A stretch of DNA of 50,587 nt, taken from NCBI GenBank assembly GCA_018664745.1, contig JABJNS010000065.1, forward strand, positions 1 through 50,587, read 5' to 3'. Below, piece after piece: positions 1 through 9,454 of this stretch. The translations under genes were made by a program, and so were the position numbers. Below the pieces are notes generated by a model. The model worked only from the letters and a program-made list of their open reading frames with translations, did not search any database and had not been told where the DNA came from. Position 1 is the stretch's first letter. Every line of letters begins with the position of its first letter. Source of the DNA: Flavobacteriales bacterium. GTDB lineage: Bacteria; Bacteroidota; Bacteroidia; Flavobacteriales; BACL11.

Positions 1-1
1 A

Positions 2-832
2 ATGAAAATTCCTTTTGGCATTGCTCAAATTGGGAAAGCCTTCAGAAATGAAATTGTAGCCCGTCAGTTTATTTTCAGAATGCGTGAGTTTGAACAAATG
101 GAAATGCAATTTTTTGTTCGTCCAGGAGAAGAAATGAAATGGTATGCTTATTGGAAAGATTTCCGAATGAAATGGCATAATTCATTAGGGATGGGAGAAG
201 ATAATTACCGTTTTCATGACCATGAAAATTTAGCACATTATGCCAATGCAGCAGCCGATATTGAATTTAAATTTCCATTCGGATTTAAAGAATTAGAAGG
301 GATCCATTCGCGTACTGATTTTGACTTGAAAGCACATCAAGAACATTCTGGGAAAAAATTACAATATTTTGATCCAGAACTAGGAGAAAGCTATGTGCCT
401 TATGTAGTTGAAACTTCTATTGGTTTGGATAGAATGTTCCTTACCGTATTAAGTCATGCTTTCCGTGAAGAACAATTGGAAAATGGAGAAAGTAGAGTGG
501 TATTAAAAATCCCTGCACTTTTAGCGCCTATAAAAGCAGCTATTCTTCCGTTAACTAAGAAAGATGGAATGCCTGAAAAAGCAAGGGAAATAATGAAGTC
601 TCTTCAAATAGATTTCAACTGCCAATATGAAGAAAAGGATTCTATCGGAAAAAGATACAGAAGACAAGATGCGATTGGAACTGCATTCTGTATTACAGTT
701 GATCATCAAACTTTAGAAGACAATACGGTTACTATTAGAGATAGAGATACTATGGAACAAGAAAGAGTTTCAGTAGAAAAACTACATTCCATTATTGCAG
801 AAAAAGTAAATATTGCAAAATATTTAGCTTAG
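2..832 (+). CDS. glyQS: glycine--tRNA ligase (homodimeric class II GlyRS), C-terminal ~276 aa; the 5' end lies outside the window
   Basis: The ORF is open to the window edge. The translation (FGIAQIGKAFRNEI..REFEQMEMQFF..ETSIGLDRMFL) plus a C-terminal anticodon-binding region is typical of GlyQS. Confidence 0.9.
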   Translation: MKIPFGIAQIGKAFRNEIVARQFIFRMREFEQMEMQFFVRPGEEMKWYAYWKDFRMKWHNSLGMGEDNYRFHDHENLAHYANAAADIEFKFPFGFKELEGIHSRTDFDLKAHQEHSGKKLQYFDPELGESYVPYVVETSIGLDRMFLTVLSHAFREEQLENGESRVVLKIPALLAPIKAAILPLTKKDGMPEKAREIMKSLQIDFNCQYEEKDSIGKRYRRQDAIGTAFCITVDHQTLEDNTVTIRDRDTMEQERVSVEKLHSIIAEKVNIAKYLA

Positions 833-1182
833 TTTTCTCCCTGAGAGGTCACTGAAATTTTATCGAAAGTAGCATCAATAGGAGGTAATACTTTTTCTAC
901 TTCTACTGTTACTTTTTGTACTTTATGCAAGGGTAAAATTGCGTCAACAATTCTTTTTGCAAGATGTTCTATCATGTTAGAACGGATAGCCATTTGTTCC
1001 TTTACAATAGCTATGATTTTCACATAGTCCACTGTGTCGTTCAAATCATCTGTTTTTTCAACTTCAGTTGTGTCCGCTTCCACCCAAACATTTACAATAA
1101 AGTGTCCACCCAAAACAGCTTCTTCTGGCAAGTGCCCGTGATGAGCAAAAATTCTGATTCCTTCTACAGTAATTAATCCCAT
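829..1182 (-). CDS. folB: dihydroneopterin aldolase
   Basis: The 117-aa product starts ITVEGIRIFAHHGHLPEE..G..F.V.V and carries DDLNDTVDY, the FolB family pattern. Its stop overlaps the glyQS stop by 4 nt (convergent). Confidence 0.85.
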   Translation of the reverse strand: MGLITVEGIRIFAHHGHLPEEAVLGGHFIVNVWVEADTTEVEKTDDLNDTVDYVKIIAIVKEQMAIRSNMIEHLAKRIVDAILPLHKVQKVTVEVEKVLPPIDATFDKISVTSQGEN

Positions 1183-2705
1183 TAGTTTATTTTTTCTAAA
1201 GCAGTTTCCATTCTTTTAATCGTTTCTTCTTTTCCTAAAAGAGAAGCAATATCAAAAAGAGATGGTCCCATTCCGAGTCCTGTTAAACAAACCCTAAAAG
1301 CAGGCAATAATTTACCCATTCCTAGTTCATTTTCTTCTAAATACTTTTTAAATGCAACTTCAATATTTTCAGAAGAGAAATCAGATAATTTGGATAATCT
1401 ATCTTTTAATTCCGATACATATTTAGGAGTGTCTTCTTTCCATTTTTTACGGATTGTTTTTTCATCATAAGATGTAGGAGATTCAAAATAATACCTTCCT
1501 TCCTCCCACATATCTTTTACAAAAGTGGCTCTTTCTTTTAATTGCTCACAAACAGTTGCGACAAAATCATCTTCCGCCTCTACCCCATTTTCTTTCAGGA
1601 TAACTTGTAAATCTTGCGCCAACACTTCTCCTGATTTTGCTCTTAAATACTGCTGATTAAACCATCTTGTTTTATCAACATCAAACTTTGCTCCCGCCTT
1701 CCCTACTCTCTCTAAACTGAAAGCTTCTATCAAACCTTCCATAGAAAAAATCTCCTGTGTAGTTCCTGGATTCCATCCTAAAAATGAAAGCATATTTATA
1801 AACGCTTCTTTAATGTAGCCACTTTCTCTGTATCCTGAACTAATTTCTTTTGTTTCTGGGTTCATCCACTGTGTTGGGAAAACAGGAAATCCTAATCTAT
1901 CCCCATCACGCTTACTTAATTTACCATTTCCATCTGGCTTTAGGATTAATGGTAAGTGTGCAAATTCTGGCATTGCATCCTCCCATCCTAAATATTTGTA
2001 TAATAAAACATGTAAAGGTGCTGATGGCAACCACTCCTCCCCTCTTATCACATGAGAAATTTTCATCATATAATCATCCACCACATTAGCTAAATGGTAA
2101 GTTGGCATTCCATCCGATTTAAAGATAACTTTATCGTCCATATTATTGGTATTTACTACAACCCAACCTCTAATAATATCGTTTAGTTTTACCTCTTCAT
2201 TTCTAGGCATTTTTATACGGATAGCATAAGGGTCTCCTGCTTCCAATCTTTTATTTACTTCATCTTCCGATAGTGCTAAAGAATTTTGCATTGTAGTACG
2301 AGTAACCGCATTGTATTGTGGTGAAGGAACTCCTGCAACCTTCATTCTTTCACGCATTGCAGTTAGTTCTTCTGAAGTATCAAAAGCATAATATGCAAAG
2401 CCATCTTTTACCAATTGTTCGGCATAAGGAAAGTACATAGCCTTTCTTTCTGATTGCTTATAAGGACCATATCCTCCCCCATCTACTACTGATTCATCTA
2501 ATTCAATTCCACACCATTTTAGTGCATCAATTAGGTATTCTTCTGCACCTTCAACAAATCTGGTTTGATCTGTATCTTCTATACGCAAAATCATTTTTCC
2601 TCCTTTGTTTTTAGCAAAAAGGTAATTATAAAGGGCTGTTCTAACCCCTCCAATATGTAATGGTCCTGTTGGGCTAGGTGCAAATCGTACTCTTACTTCT
2701 GACAT
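1182..2705 (-). CDS. gltX: glutamate--tRNA ligase
   Basis: VRVRFAPSPTGPLHIGGVRTALYNYLFA contains the HIGH motif and KLSKR is the KMSKS-type motif. I prefer the ATG at 2705, because the TTG-extended ORF to 2744 would contain the predicted -7 promoter box at 2726-2733. Confidence 0.93.
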   Translation of the reverse strand: MSEVRVRFAPSPTGPLHIGGVRTALYNYLFAKNKGGKMILRIEDTDQTRFVEGAEEYLIDALKWCGIELDESVVDGGGYGPYKQSERKAMYFPYAEQLVKDGFAYYAFDTSEELTAMRERMKVAGVPSPQYNAVTRTTMQNSLALSEDEVNKRLEAGDPYAIRIKMPRNEEVKLNDIIRGWVVVNTNNMDDKVIFKSDGMPTYHLANVVDDYMMKISHVIRGEEWLPSAPLHVLLYKYLGWEDAMPEFAHLPLILKPDGNGKLSKRDGDRLGFPVFPTQWMNPETKEISSGYRESGYIKEAFINMLSFLGWNPGTTQEIFSMEGLIEAFSLERVGKAGAKFDVDKTRWFNQQYLRAKSGEVLAQDLQVILKENGVEAEDDFVATVCEQLKERATFVKDMWEEGRYYFESPTSYDEKTIRKKWKEDTPKYVSELKDRLSKLSDFSSENIEVAFKKYLEENELGMGKLLPAFRVCLTGLGMGPSLFDIASLLGKEETIKRMETALEKIN

Positions 2706-2725
2706 TGTAATAAATTTTTCGGCTG

Positions 2726-2733
2726 CAAAGATA
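2726..2733 (-). promoter_or_regulatory. Bacteroidota-type -7 promoter box (TATCTTTG on the - strand) for gltX
   Basis: Exact TAnnTTTG match in the gltX/DUF4175 divergent intergenic region, 20 nt upstream of the gltX ATG. Confidence 0.55.
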
Positions 2734-2778
2734 AGATTTATCAAGTAATAGAGTTTTATGATAAGCCGTTAAAAATTG

Positions 2779-2786
2779 TACTTTTG
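2779..2786 (+). promoter_or_regulatory. Bacteroidota-type -7 promoter box (TACTTTTG) for the DUF4175-like gene
   Basis: Exact TAnnTTTG match ending 5 nt before the ATG at 2792. Confidence 0.5.
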
Positions 2787-2791
2787 CAAGG

Positions 2792-5700
2792 ATGAATTCT
2801 CAACCTAAAATAGAATTATGTGAAAAACTGAATAAATTCGTTAAACGATTTTATACCAATCAGCTAATTAAAGGGGGAATCTATTCTTTAGCAGTACTGA
2901 GTATCTTCTTTATTGGTTTTTCAACTATTGAACATTTTACCCAATTTGGGGTTGGAAGCAGAACTTTTTTATTCTGGACTTACCTTATTATTAACGCCTT
3001 AATTGCAATAAAATACATAGCTATCCCCTTACTTCATTTACTGAGTTTTGGTAAAACACTAAGCCACAAACAAGCTGCAAAAATTATTGGAACTCATTTT
3101 ACTGAAGTTGATGATAAACTACTAAATATCCTAGAATTACAGGAGATGAGTACTGCTGAAAATGCTTTGATAAACGCAAGTATTCAGCAAAAAATAAAAG
3201 ATATAAAGCCTATCTCATTTGGGAATGCCATTAATTATGCTGACAATAAAAAATATGCAAAATGGGTGCTTATCCCACTTGCTGTCATTTTACTTTTTAT
3301 CATTTCAGGAAAGCAATATATACTTACTGAAAGCTCTGCCAGAATACTAAGGCACAATACTTTTTTTGAACCAAAAGCACCTTTTCAATATCATGTTTTA
3401 AATCCAAAATTAGAAGTAATCCAATATAAAGATTATACATTGGAAATAGAAATAATAGGAAATGAAATCCCTAGTGAAGTATTTATAATAATTAACGGAA
3501 ATTCATTTCGAATAAAAAGCAATAGCAACACTACATTCGAGCATCTTTTCAAAGTAGTAAATGCTGATATTTCATTTCAATTTTCAGCTGGAGGTTATAT
3601 TAGCAATCATTATACATTAAAAGCTCTTCCTCAGCCTAAAGTAGTTGACCTTAACACCTTTCTGAACTACCCAAGCTACACCAAAATCAAAGATGAACAT
3701 ATCAAAAATAATGGTGATTTAATAATCCCTGAAGGGACAATAGTGCAGTGGGATATAAGTCTGCAAAACACTAAAAATATCTCTTTTCTTTTTTCTGAAA
3801 GCAATCACACGGAATGGGCTAATAATACTGTTACTTATAAAAAGCAGTTTTTCAAAAGCACCCCTTATCAAATTATCACCCAAAACGAACATCAATTGAG
3901 TGATAGCTTGTCCTACTATATAAAGGTAATTCCTGATGCATATCCGACAATAAAAGTAAATCAGAATTTTGATAGTACGAATGTTCAGTTTTTATTCAGT
4001 GGAGAAATTGAAGATGATTATGGCTTACAAAAATTAACTTTTAATTATCGAATTACTAGCAATGACACTAATCCTTTAGTCAGTCAGCAGCTAACCATTA
4101 AGCAGCTATCCAAAGAACTTTTCTTTTTTACATTCAATTTTAATTACTTGCAACTAGCAGCAGGAGAGGAAATAGAATACTATTTTGAAGTTTGGGATAA
4201 TGATGTAGTAAATGGCTCGAAAAACACAAAAAGCACTCGTTTTTCACACAAAGAAGCAACAAAAGAGGAATTAACTGCAAAAAAGGATGCTGAAAATGAA
4301 AAAACAAAAAGTGGACTTAATAAATCAATATCACTTGCTAAAGAGATAAAAAAGGATATTGCACAGCTCAATAAAACTATCTTAGAAAAGAAAAAAATTA
4401 GCTGGGAAGAAAAACAAAAAGCAAAAGAAATTCTAAAAAAACAAAAGCAACTTGAGCAACAAATAAAAGACACACAGAAAAAAAATAGTGAAAACCTAAA
4501 AAATAAGGAAAAATTAAATTCTTCAATACTTGAAAAACAAAAACAGTTAGAGGAATTAATGAATAAAGTCTTAGATGAGGAAACCCAAAAACTCTTGCAA
4601 GAAATGGAGGAGATGATGGAGAAGGCAGACAAAGAAAAACTAAAAGAATTACTAGAGAAATTAGATGAGGAAAATACTGATTTAGAAAAAGAGCTAGATA
4701 GAGAGTTAGAACTTTTTAAACAATTAGAATTTGAACAAAAAGTAGAAGAAACACTAGAGAAAATAGAAGAACTTAAAAAAGAACAAGAAGCCTTAAAAAA
4801 AGAAACTGAGAAAGGAAAAACAGAAAAGGAAGAACTTGCTAAAAAACAAGAGGAGTTAAGCAAAAAAATGGAGGACTTACAAAAAGATTTGCAAGACTTA
4901 AGAAAGAAAAATATGGCATTGGAGGATAAAAATAAAATGCCTGACACCAAAGCCAATGAAGAGGATATAAAACAGAAAATGCAAGAGAGTAAAGATGCTC
5001 TTAAAAAAGGAAAGAAGAAGAAAGCGCAAAATTCTCAAAAAGAAGCATTAGAAAAATTAGAACAAATCGAGCAGCAATTACAAAGCATGCAAAAAAGCAG
5101 TGGAGAAGACAAGCCTAAAGAAGATATGGAGACTCTAAGAAAAATCCTTGAAAATTTGGTTACTCTTTCTTTTGATCAGGAAGAACTAATGCAACATGCT
5201 ACAAATACTCCTAAAAATAGTCCAGAATTTATTAAAATTGTTCAAAGACAAAATAAACTATCTGATGATAGTCAAATTATTGAAGACTCTTTATTAGCCC
5301 TCAGTAAAAGAGTAGTTCAGATACAAGCAACTATCAATAATGAAATTGCAGCAATCAATAATAACATGATTAAAGCAACAAACCAACTAGAAGGAAGACA
5401 AGTTGAGAAAGCAGCAGAACGCCAACAGTTTATAATGACTTCTACTAACAACTTAGCTTTACTATTGTCCGAAATTTTAGAGCAAATGCAAAAAGATTTA
5501 GCCAATAAAACTCCTGGGGAAAAACAATGCAACAAACCAAATCCTAATTGCAAAAAACCTTCAATGTCACAACTGAAAGAGGCACAAAAGAAGCTCAATA
5601 AGGAAATGAAAAAAGGGAAAAGTGGTAAAAAAGGAAAAAAGAAAGGGGAAAAGAATGCTAAAAAATTAATGCAATTAGCAAAAAAGCAAGAAGCAATTAG

Positions 5701-6082
5701 AAAACAATTGATGGAGCTAAGAGATGAACAGGGAAAGAATGGAGAGAAAGGAAAGATTGATAAAATCCTAGAGGATATGGAGGAAAATGAAACAGATATA
5801 ATCAATAATCAAATTACACAAGAAACAATAGCAAGGCAACAGGAAATTCTCACTAGATTGCTTGAGGCAGAAAAAGCAGAAAGGGAGCAAGATGAAGATG
5901 ATAAAAGGAAATCAATAGAATGGAATTTTGTTCCTGATAATACAACTGAGGAATATTTAGAATACAAAAAGCAGAAACAACATCAAGAAGAACTTTTAAA
6001 AACTACTCCTGTTCAGCTCAAGCCTTACTATAAAAAGAAGGTAAATTCTTATTTTAACACTTTAATTAAAGAAGATAAATGA
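2792..6082 (+). CDS. large membrane-anchored protein with a very long Lys/Glu-rich helical region (DUF4175-like, function unknown)
   Basis: 1096 aa. Three N-terminal hydrophobic segments, a beta-rich middle region, then about 300 aa of EK-rich low-complexity helix and a KKGKSGKKGKKKGEK patch. The position between gltX and ybeY-mnmG matches my memory of DUF4175 genes in Flavobacteriia; family assignment was not verified by search. Confidence 0.6.
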   Translation: MNSQPKIELCEKLNKFVKRFYTNQLIKGGIYSLAVLSIFFIGFSTIEHFTQFGVGSRTFLFWTYLIINALIAIKYIAIPLLHLLSFGKTLSHKQAAKIIGTHFTEVDDKLLNILELQEMSTAENALINASIQQKIKDIKPISFGNAINYADNKKYAKWVLIPLAVILLFIISGKQYILTESSARILRHNTFFEPKAPFQYHVLNPKLEVIQYKDYTLEIEIIGNEIPSEVFIIINGNSFRIKSNSNTTFEHLFKVVNADISFQFSAGGYISNHYTLKALPQPKVVDLNTFLNYPSYTKIKDEHIKNNGDLIIPEGTIVQWDISLQNTKNISFLFSESNHTEWANNTVTYKKQFFKSTPYQIITQNEHQLSDSLSYYIKVIPDAYPTIKVNQNFDSTNVQFLFSGEIEDDYGLQKLTFNYRITSNDTNPLVSQQLTIKQLSKELFFFTFNFNYLQLAAGEEIEYYFEVWDNDVVNGSKNTKSTRFSHKEATKEELTAKKDAENEKTKSGLNKSISLAKEIKKDIAQLNKTILEKKKISWEEKQKAKEILKKQKQLEQQIKDTQKKNSENLKNKEKLNSSILEKQKQLEELMNKVLDEETQKLLQEMEEMMEKADKEKLKELLEKLDEENTDLEKELDRELELFKQLEFEQKVEETLEKIEELKKEQEALKKETEKGKTEKEELAKKQEELSKKMEDLQKDLQDLRKKNMALEDKNKMPDTKANEEDIKQKMQESKDALKKGKKKKAQNSQKEALEKLEQIEQQLQSMQKSSGEDKPKEDMETLRKILENLVTLSFDQEELMQHATNTPKNSPEFIKIVQRQNKLSDDSQIIEDSLLALSKRVVQIQATINNEIAAINNNMIKATNQLEGRQVEKAAERQQFIMTSTNNLALLLSEILEQMQKDLANKTPGEKQCNKPNPNCKKPSMSQLKEAQKKLNKEMKKGKSGKKGKKKGEKNAKKLMQLAKKQEAIRKQLMELRDEQGKNGEKGKIDKILEDMEENETDIINNQITQETIARQQEILTRLLEAEKAEREQDEDDKRKSIEWNFVPDNTTEEYLEYKKQKQHQEELLKTTPVQLKPYYKKKVNSYFNTLIKEDK

Positions 6083-6492
6083 TAGAATATCAATATATAG
6101 AATGTGACGAAATAATAACTAGTGAAGAAATCAGCTTATGGCTTTCTAATGTTATAAAAGAGGAAGGAAAGGAAATTGGAGAATTAGTATATGTACTCTG
6201 TAAAGATGAATATTTGTTAGAAAAAAATATCCAATTTTTAAATCACGATACACTTACAGATGTTATCACTTTTGATTATTGTGAGAATGATTTAATTAAT
6301 GGTGATATTCTTATCAGTACAGATAGGGTAGAAGAAAACGCTAAAACTTATAAGGTTAATTATTTAACTGAACTACACAGAGTTATGGTGCATGGTTTAC
6401 TACATTTGCTCGGTTATAAAGATAAAAAGGAAAAAGACGCAAAAACAATGCGTGAAAAAGAAAATTATTATTTAAATAAGATTATTAACTAA
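6079..6492 (+). CDS. ybeY: rRNA maturation endoribonuclease YbeY
   Basis: 137 aa with the HGLLHLLGYKD metal-binding motif (H-x3-H, Asp at the third ligand position). An ATGA overlap joins it to the upstream gene. Confidence 0.88.
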   Translation: MIEYQYIECDEIITSEEISLWLSNVIKEEGKEIGELVYVLCKDEYLLEKNIQFLNHDTLTDVITFDYCENDLINGDILISTDRVEENAKTYKVNYLTELHRVMVHGLLHLLGYKDKKEKDAKTMREKENYYLNKIIN

Positions 6493-6526
6493 TTTATTTT
6501 CAGTATTTTACACTCATTCACAAACT

Positions 6527-8398
6527 ATGAAATTAGACGAAAAATATGATGTAATAATAGTAGGAGGAGGTCATGCTGGCTGTGAAGCTGCACACTCTGC
6601 CTCCACACTTGGATCAAAAGTACTATTAGTTACGCAAAATTTAGAAACCCTAGCGCGTATGTCCTGCAACCCAGCAATGGGAGGTGTAGCTAAAGGGCAA
6701 ATAATAAGAGAAATTGATGCACTAGGTGGAATGTCTGGAATTGTAACAGACGCTTCTTCTATTCAATTTAGAATGCTAAATAAAAGTAAAGGACCTGCAA
6801 TGTGGAGTCCTAGAGCACAATGTGACAGGAAAATATTTGAAAGAGAATGGCGTAAAACTCTAGAAGGAAATAAAAATATTGATTTCTGGCAAGATACAGT
6901 AGATAATATCACTACTGAAAAAGGGAAAGCTACAGGTATCATTACCAAAATGGGGGTTGAAATTGAAGGGAAAAGTGTTGTTCTCTGTAATGGAACTTTC
7001 CTAAATGGACTTATTCACCTTGGAAAAAAGAACTATAAAGGAGGGCGCTCAGGAGAACCCTCAGCTGAAGGGATTACAAAACAACTAATTGAACTTGGAT
7101 TTACACACGGAAGAATGAAAACCGGAACACCTCCAAGATTAGATGGTAGAACAATAGATTATTCAGTAACAGAAGAACAAGCAGGTGATGAGAATACGGT
7201 AAGTTTCTCATACATGACAAAAGAGAAAATAAAAGACCAACACTCTTGTTTTATCACTTACACATCACCTGAAGTTCATGCAATTTTAAAAGAAGGATTT
7301 GAAGACTCTCCAATGTTTTCAGGAAGGATAAAAGGGTTAGGACCAAGATATTGTCCGTCAATTGAAGATAAAATTGAAAGGTTTTCATCTAAAGACAGAC
7401 ATCAATTATTCATTGAGCCAGAGGGAAGAGATACTGTAGAAATCTATTTAAATGGATTCTCCACATCACTTCCTGAAGCTGTTCAATTAAAAGCCCTAAG
7501 GAAAATTAAAGGGCTTGAAAAAGTAAAAATGTTCAGAGCTGGATATGCAATTGAATACGACTACTTTCCACCAACTCAACTTAAGCACACCTTAGAAACT
7601 AAACTAGTCAATAACTTATTCTTTTGTGGACAAATAAACGGAACAACAGGGTATGAAGAAGCTGCTGCACAAGGATTGATGGCAGGTGTTAATGCGCACC
7701 AGAATGCACATGAAAAAGAAGAGTTTATCTTAAGCAGATCAGATGCATATATTGGAGTTTTAATAGATGACTTGATAACAAAAGGAACTGAGGAACCTTA
7801 CCGAATGTTTACTTCTAGAGCTGAATATCGTTTGCTTTTAAGACAAGATAATGCTGATATTAGACTTACCAAAAAAGGCTATGAACTTGGTCTTGCAAAG
7901 GCAGAAAGACTAAAACAACTAGAAAGGAAAGAAAATGAAACTGCAGCACTTATTAAGTTTTTAGAAAAACAAAGCATTGACCCAACTGATATCAATCCTA
8001 CTCTTGAAAGATTAGGGAGTTCTATATTAAAACAAAAAGTTAAACTTAAGTCAGTTTTATCAAGACCTCATATTACCATAAATGATTTATTAGTTTGTGA
8101 AGAGTTAAATTCATTTTTGCAAGAGAAAAACTGCATGCCAGAAGCAATTGAACAAGCTGAAATTGAGATAAAATATGGTGGCTACTTAAACAAAGAAAAA
8201 GAATCGGCTGCAAAACTAAAAAGGTTAGAAAATATAAAAATAAGTTCAGATTTTGAATTTGACAAACTACACTCAATTTCAACTGAAGGAAGGGAAAAAT
8301 TAAAATCAATACAACCAAAAACGATAGGACAAGCCTCAAGAATAAGTGGCGTATCACCCTCAGATATAAATGTATTATTAATATACTTAGGAAGATGA
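6527..8398 (+). CDS. mnmG: tRNA uridine 5-carboxymethylaminomethyl modification enzyme MnmG (GidA)
   Basis: 623 aa with the N-terminal FAD motif YDVIIVGGGHAGCEAA, GLGPRYCPSIEDK and a C-terminal GQASRISGVSPSDI. Confidence 0.95.
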   Translation: MKLDEKYDVIIVGGGHAGCEAAHSASTLGSKVLLVTQNLETLARMSCNPAMGGVAKGQIIREIDALGGMSGIVTDASSIQFRMLNKSKGPAMWSPRAQCDRKIFEREWRKTLEGNKNIDFWQDTVDNITTEKGKATGIITKMGVEIEGKSVVLCNGTFLNGLIHLGKKNYKGGRSGEPSAEGITKQLIELGFTHGRMKTGTPPRLDGRTIDYSVTEEQAGDENTVSFSYMTKEKIKDQHSCFITYTSPEVHAILKEGFEDSPMFSGRIKGLGPRYCPSIEDKIERFSSKDRHQLFIEPEGRDTVEIYLNGFSTSLPEAVQLKALRKIKGLEKVKMFRAGYAIEYDYFPPTQLKHTLETKLVNNLFFCGQINGTTGYEEAAAQGLMAGVNAHQNAHEKEEFILSRSDAYIGVLIDDLITKGTEEPYRMFTSRAEYRLLLRQDNADIRLTKKGYELGLAKAERLKQLERKENETAALIKFLEKQSIDPTDINPTLERLGSSILKQKVKLKSVLSRPHITINDLLVCEELNSFLQEKNCMPEAIEQAEIEIKYGGYLNKEKESAAKLKRLENIKISSDFEFDKLHSISTEGREKLKSIQPKTIGQASRISGVSPSDINVLLIYLGR

Positions 8399-9291
8399 TA
8401 ACACTAGATAAATGTCCTTTGTGCTCAAAAGAAAATTTAGTCAAGAAATTAGATTGTATTGACCATTCAACATCTAATGAAATTTTTACAATTGTTTCAT
8501 GTGAAACATGTGAATTTACATTTACTAACCCTATACCAAAAGAAGAAAACTTAGGAGAGTACTATAAGTCTGACATGTATATTTCGCACACTAATAATAC
8601 CAAAGGGCTATTCAACTGGATGTATCAAACTGTTAGAAAATATGCAGTTGGAACTAAAATTAATTTACTTAAAAAAATATCTCAGAAAGAAAATCATCTT
8701 GATATTGGCTGTGGAACAGGAGAGTTTTTAAATGCCTGCCAGAATGCAGGATACAAGGTAAAAGGAATAGAGCCATCAGAAATTGCCAGAGATCAAGCTA
8801 TCAAAAATTTCAAACTATCAGTAAGTGACAATACAAATCTAAACCAATTTAAAACAGAAGAATTTGACTCCATTAGCATGTGGCATGTGTTAGAACATAT
8901 CCCTAATTTGAATGAAACTATAAAAGAATTTGATCGAATTCTAAGTCAAAAAGGAAAAGTAATAATTGCCGTTCCGAATCATAAGAGTTGGGATGCAAAT
9001 TATTATAAAGAATTTTGGGCAGCTTGGGATGTACCAATTCATTTATGGCATTTTTCAAGAAATACAATTGAACAATTATTCAGCAAATACAATTTCAAAC
9101 TAAAAAAAACCAAACCAATGTTATTTGATTCTTTTTATGTATCATTACTAAGTGAAGAATTTAAAACTGGAAAGAAAAAATTTGTTAGAGGATTCATAAT
9201 CGGCCTAATTTCAAATATTATTGGAATACTGACAAAAAAAGGCTGCTCAAGCACAATTTATGTCTTTGAAAAGCAAAACAAAGCTATTTAA
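8395..9291 (+). CDS. class I SAM-dependent methyltransferase with an N-terminal CxxC..CxxC zinc-ribbon-like segment
   Basis: LDIGCGTGEF is SAM-binding motif I. The N-terminus reads CPLCSKE..CETCEF. An ATGA overlap joins it to mnmG. Confidence 0.75.
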   Translation: MITLDKCPLCSKENLVKKLDCIDHSTSNEIFTIVSCETCEFTFTNPIPKEENLGEYYKSDMYISHTNNTKGLFNWMYQTVRKYAVGTKINLLKKISQKENHLDIGCGTGEFLNACQNAGYKVKGIEPSEIARDQAIKNFKLSVSDNTNLNQFKTEEFDSISMWHVLEHIPNLNETIKEFDRILSQKGKVIIAVPNHKSWDANYYKEFWAAWDVPIHLWHFSRNTIEQLFSKYNFKLKKTKPMLFDSFYVSLLSEEFKTGKKKFVRGFIIGLISNIIGILTKKGCSSTIYVFEKQNKAI

Positions 9292-9428
9292 GACGTTTTA
9301 AAGACAATAAGACACATTCTGGAAGCATTAGCTGAAAATAAAAAGATAATCAATTATGTATAAATTATTTTCAACCTATTGATTGCTATATAATTAAAAA
9401 ACATTTTAGTGATTTTAAGATAAAATCG

Positions 9429-9436
9429 TACCTTTG
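9429..9436 (+). promoter_or_regulatory. Bacteroidota-type -7 promoter box (TACCTTTG)
   Basis: Exact TAnnTTTG match 18 nt upstream of the ATG at 9455. Confidence 0.5.
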
Positions 9437-9454
9437 TATAAATAAAAACCAGAG

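Noticed and set aside
2706-2744. N-terminal ORF extensions for gltX here, and likewise 21004-21033 (mltD-like), 29671-29703 (asnS), 42759-42863 (tatA), 49144-49224 (crotonase) and 16195-16215 (BNR-repeat protein).
   Set aside because: The extensions start at TTG or add non-conserved residues ahead of the conserved N-terminus or signal peptide. In five of the six cases the extension contains the predicted -7 promoter box or the atp terminator, so the downstream ATG was chosen.
4180-4956. A 258-aa ORF on the - strand, and a similar 162-aa ORF at 5317-5805, both rich in S/F/L/C.
   Set aside because: They lie antisense to the Lys/Glu-rich (GAA/AAA-rich) part of the DUF4175-like gene. The complement of purine-rich codons lacks stop codons and gives low-complexity F/S/L strings, so these are shadow ORFs and not genes.
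6391-6423. YbeY motif HGLLHLLGYKD, with Asp instead of the third zinc-ligand His (H-x3-H-x5-D).
   Set aside because: Asp is a competent metal ligand, and I recall GYKD being the usual form in Bacteroidota YbeY. It is therefore probably a lineage-typical variant and not an inactivated enzyme.
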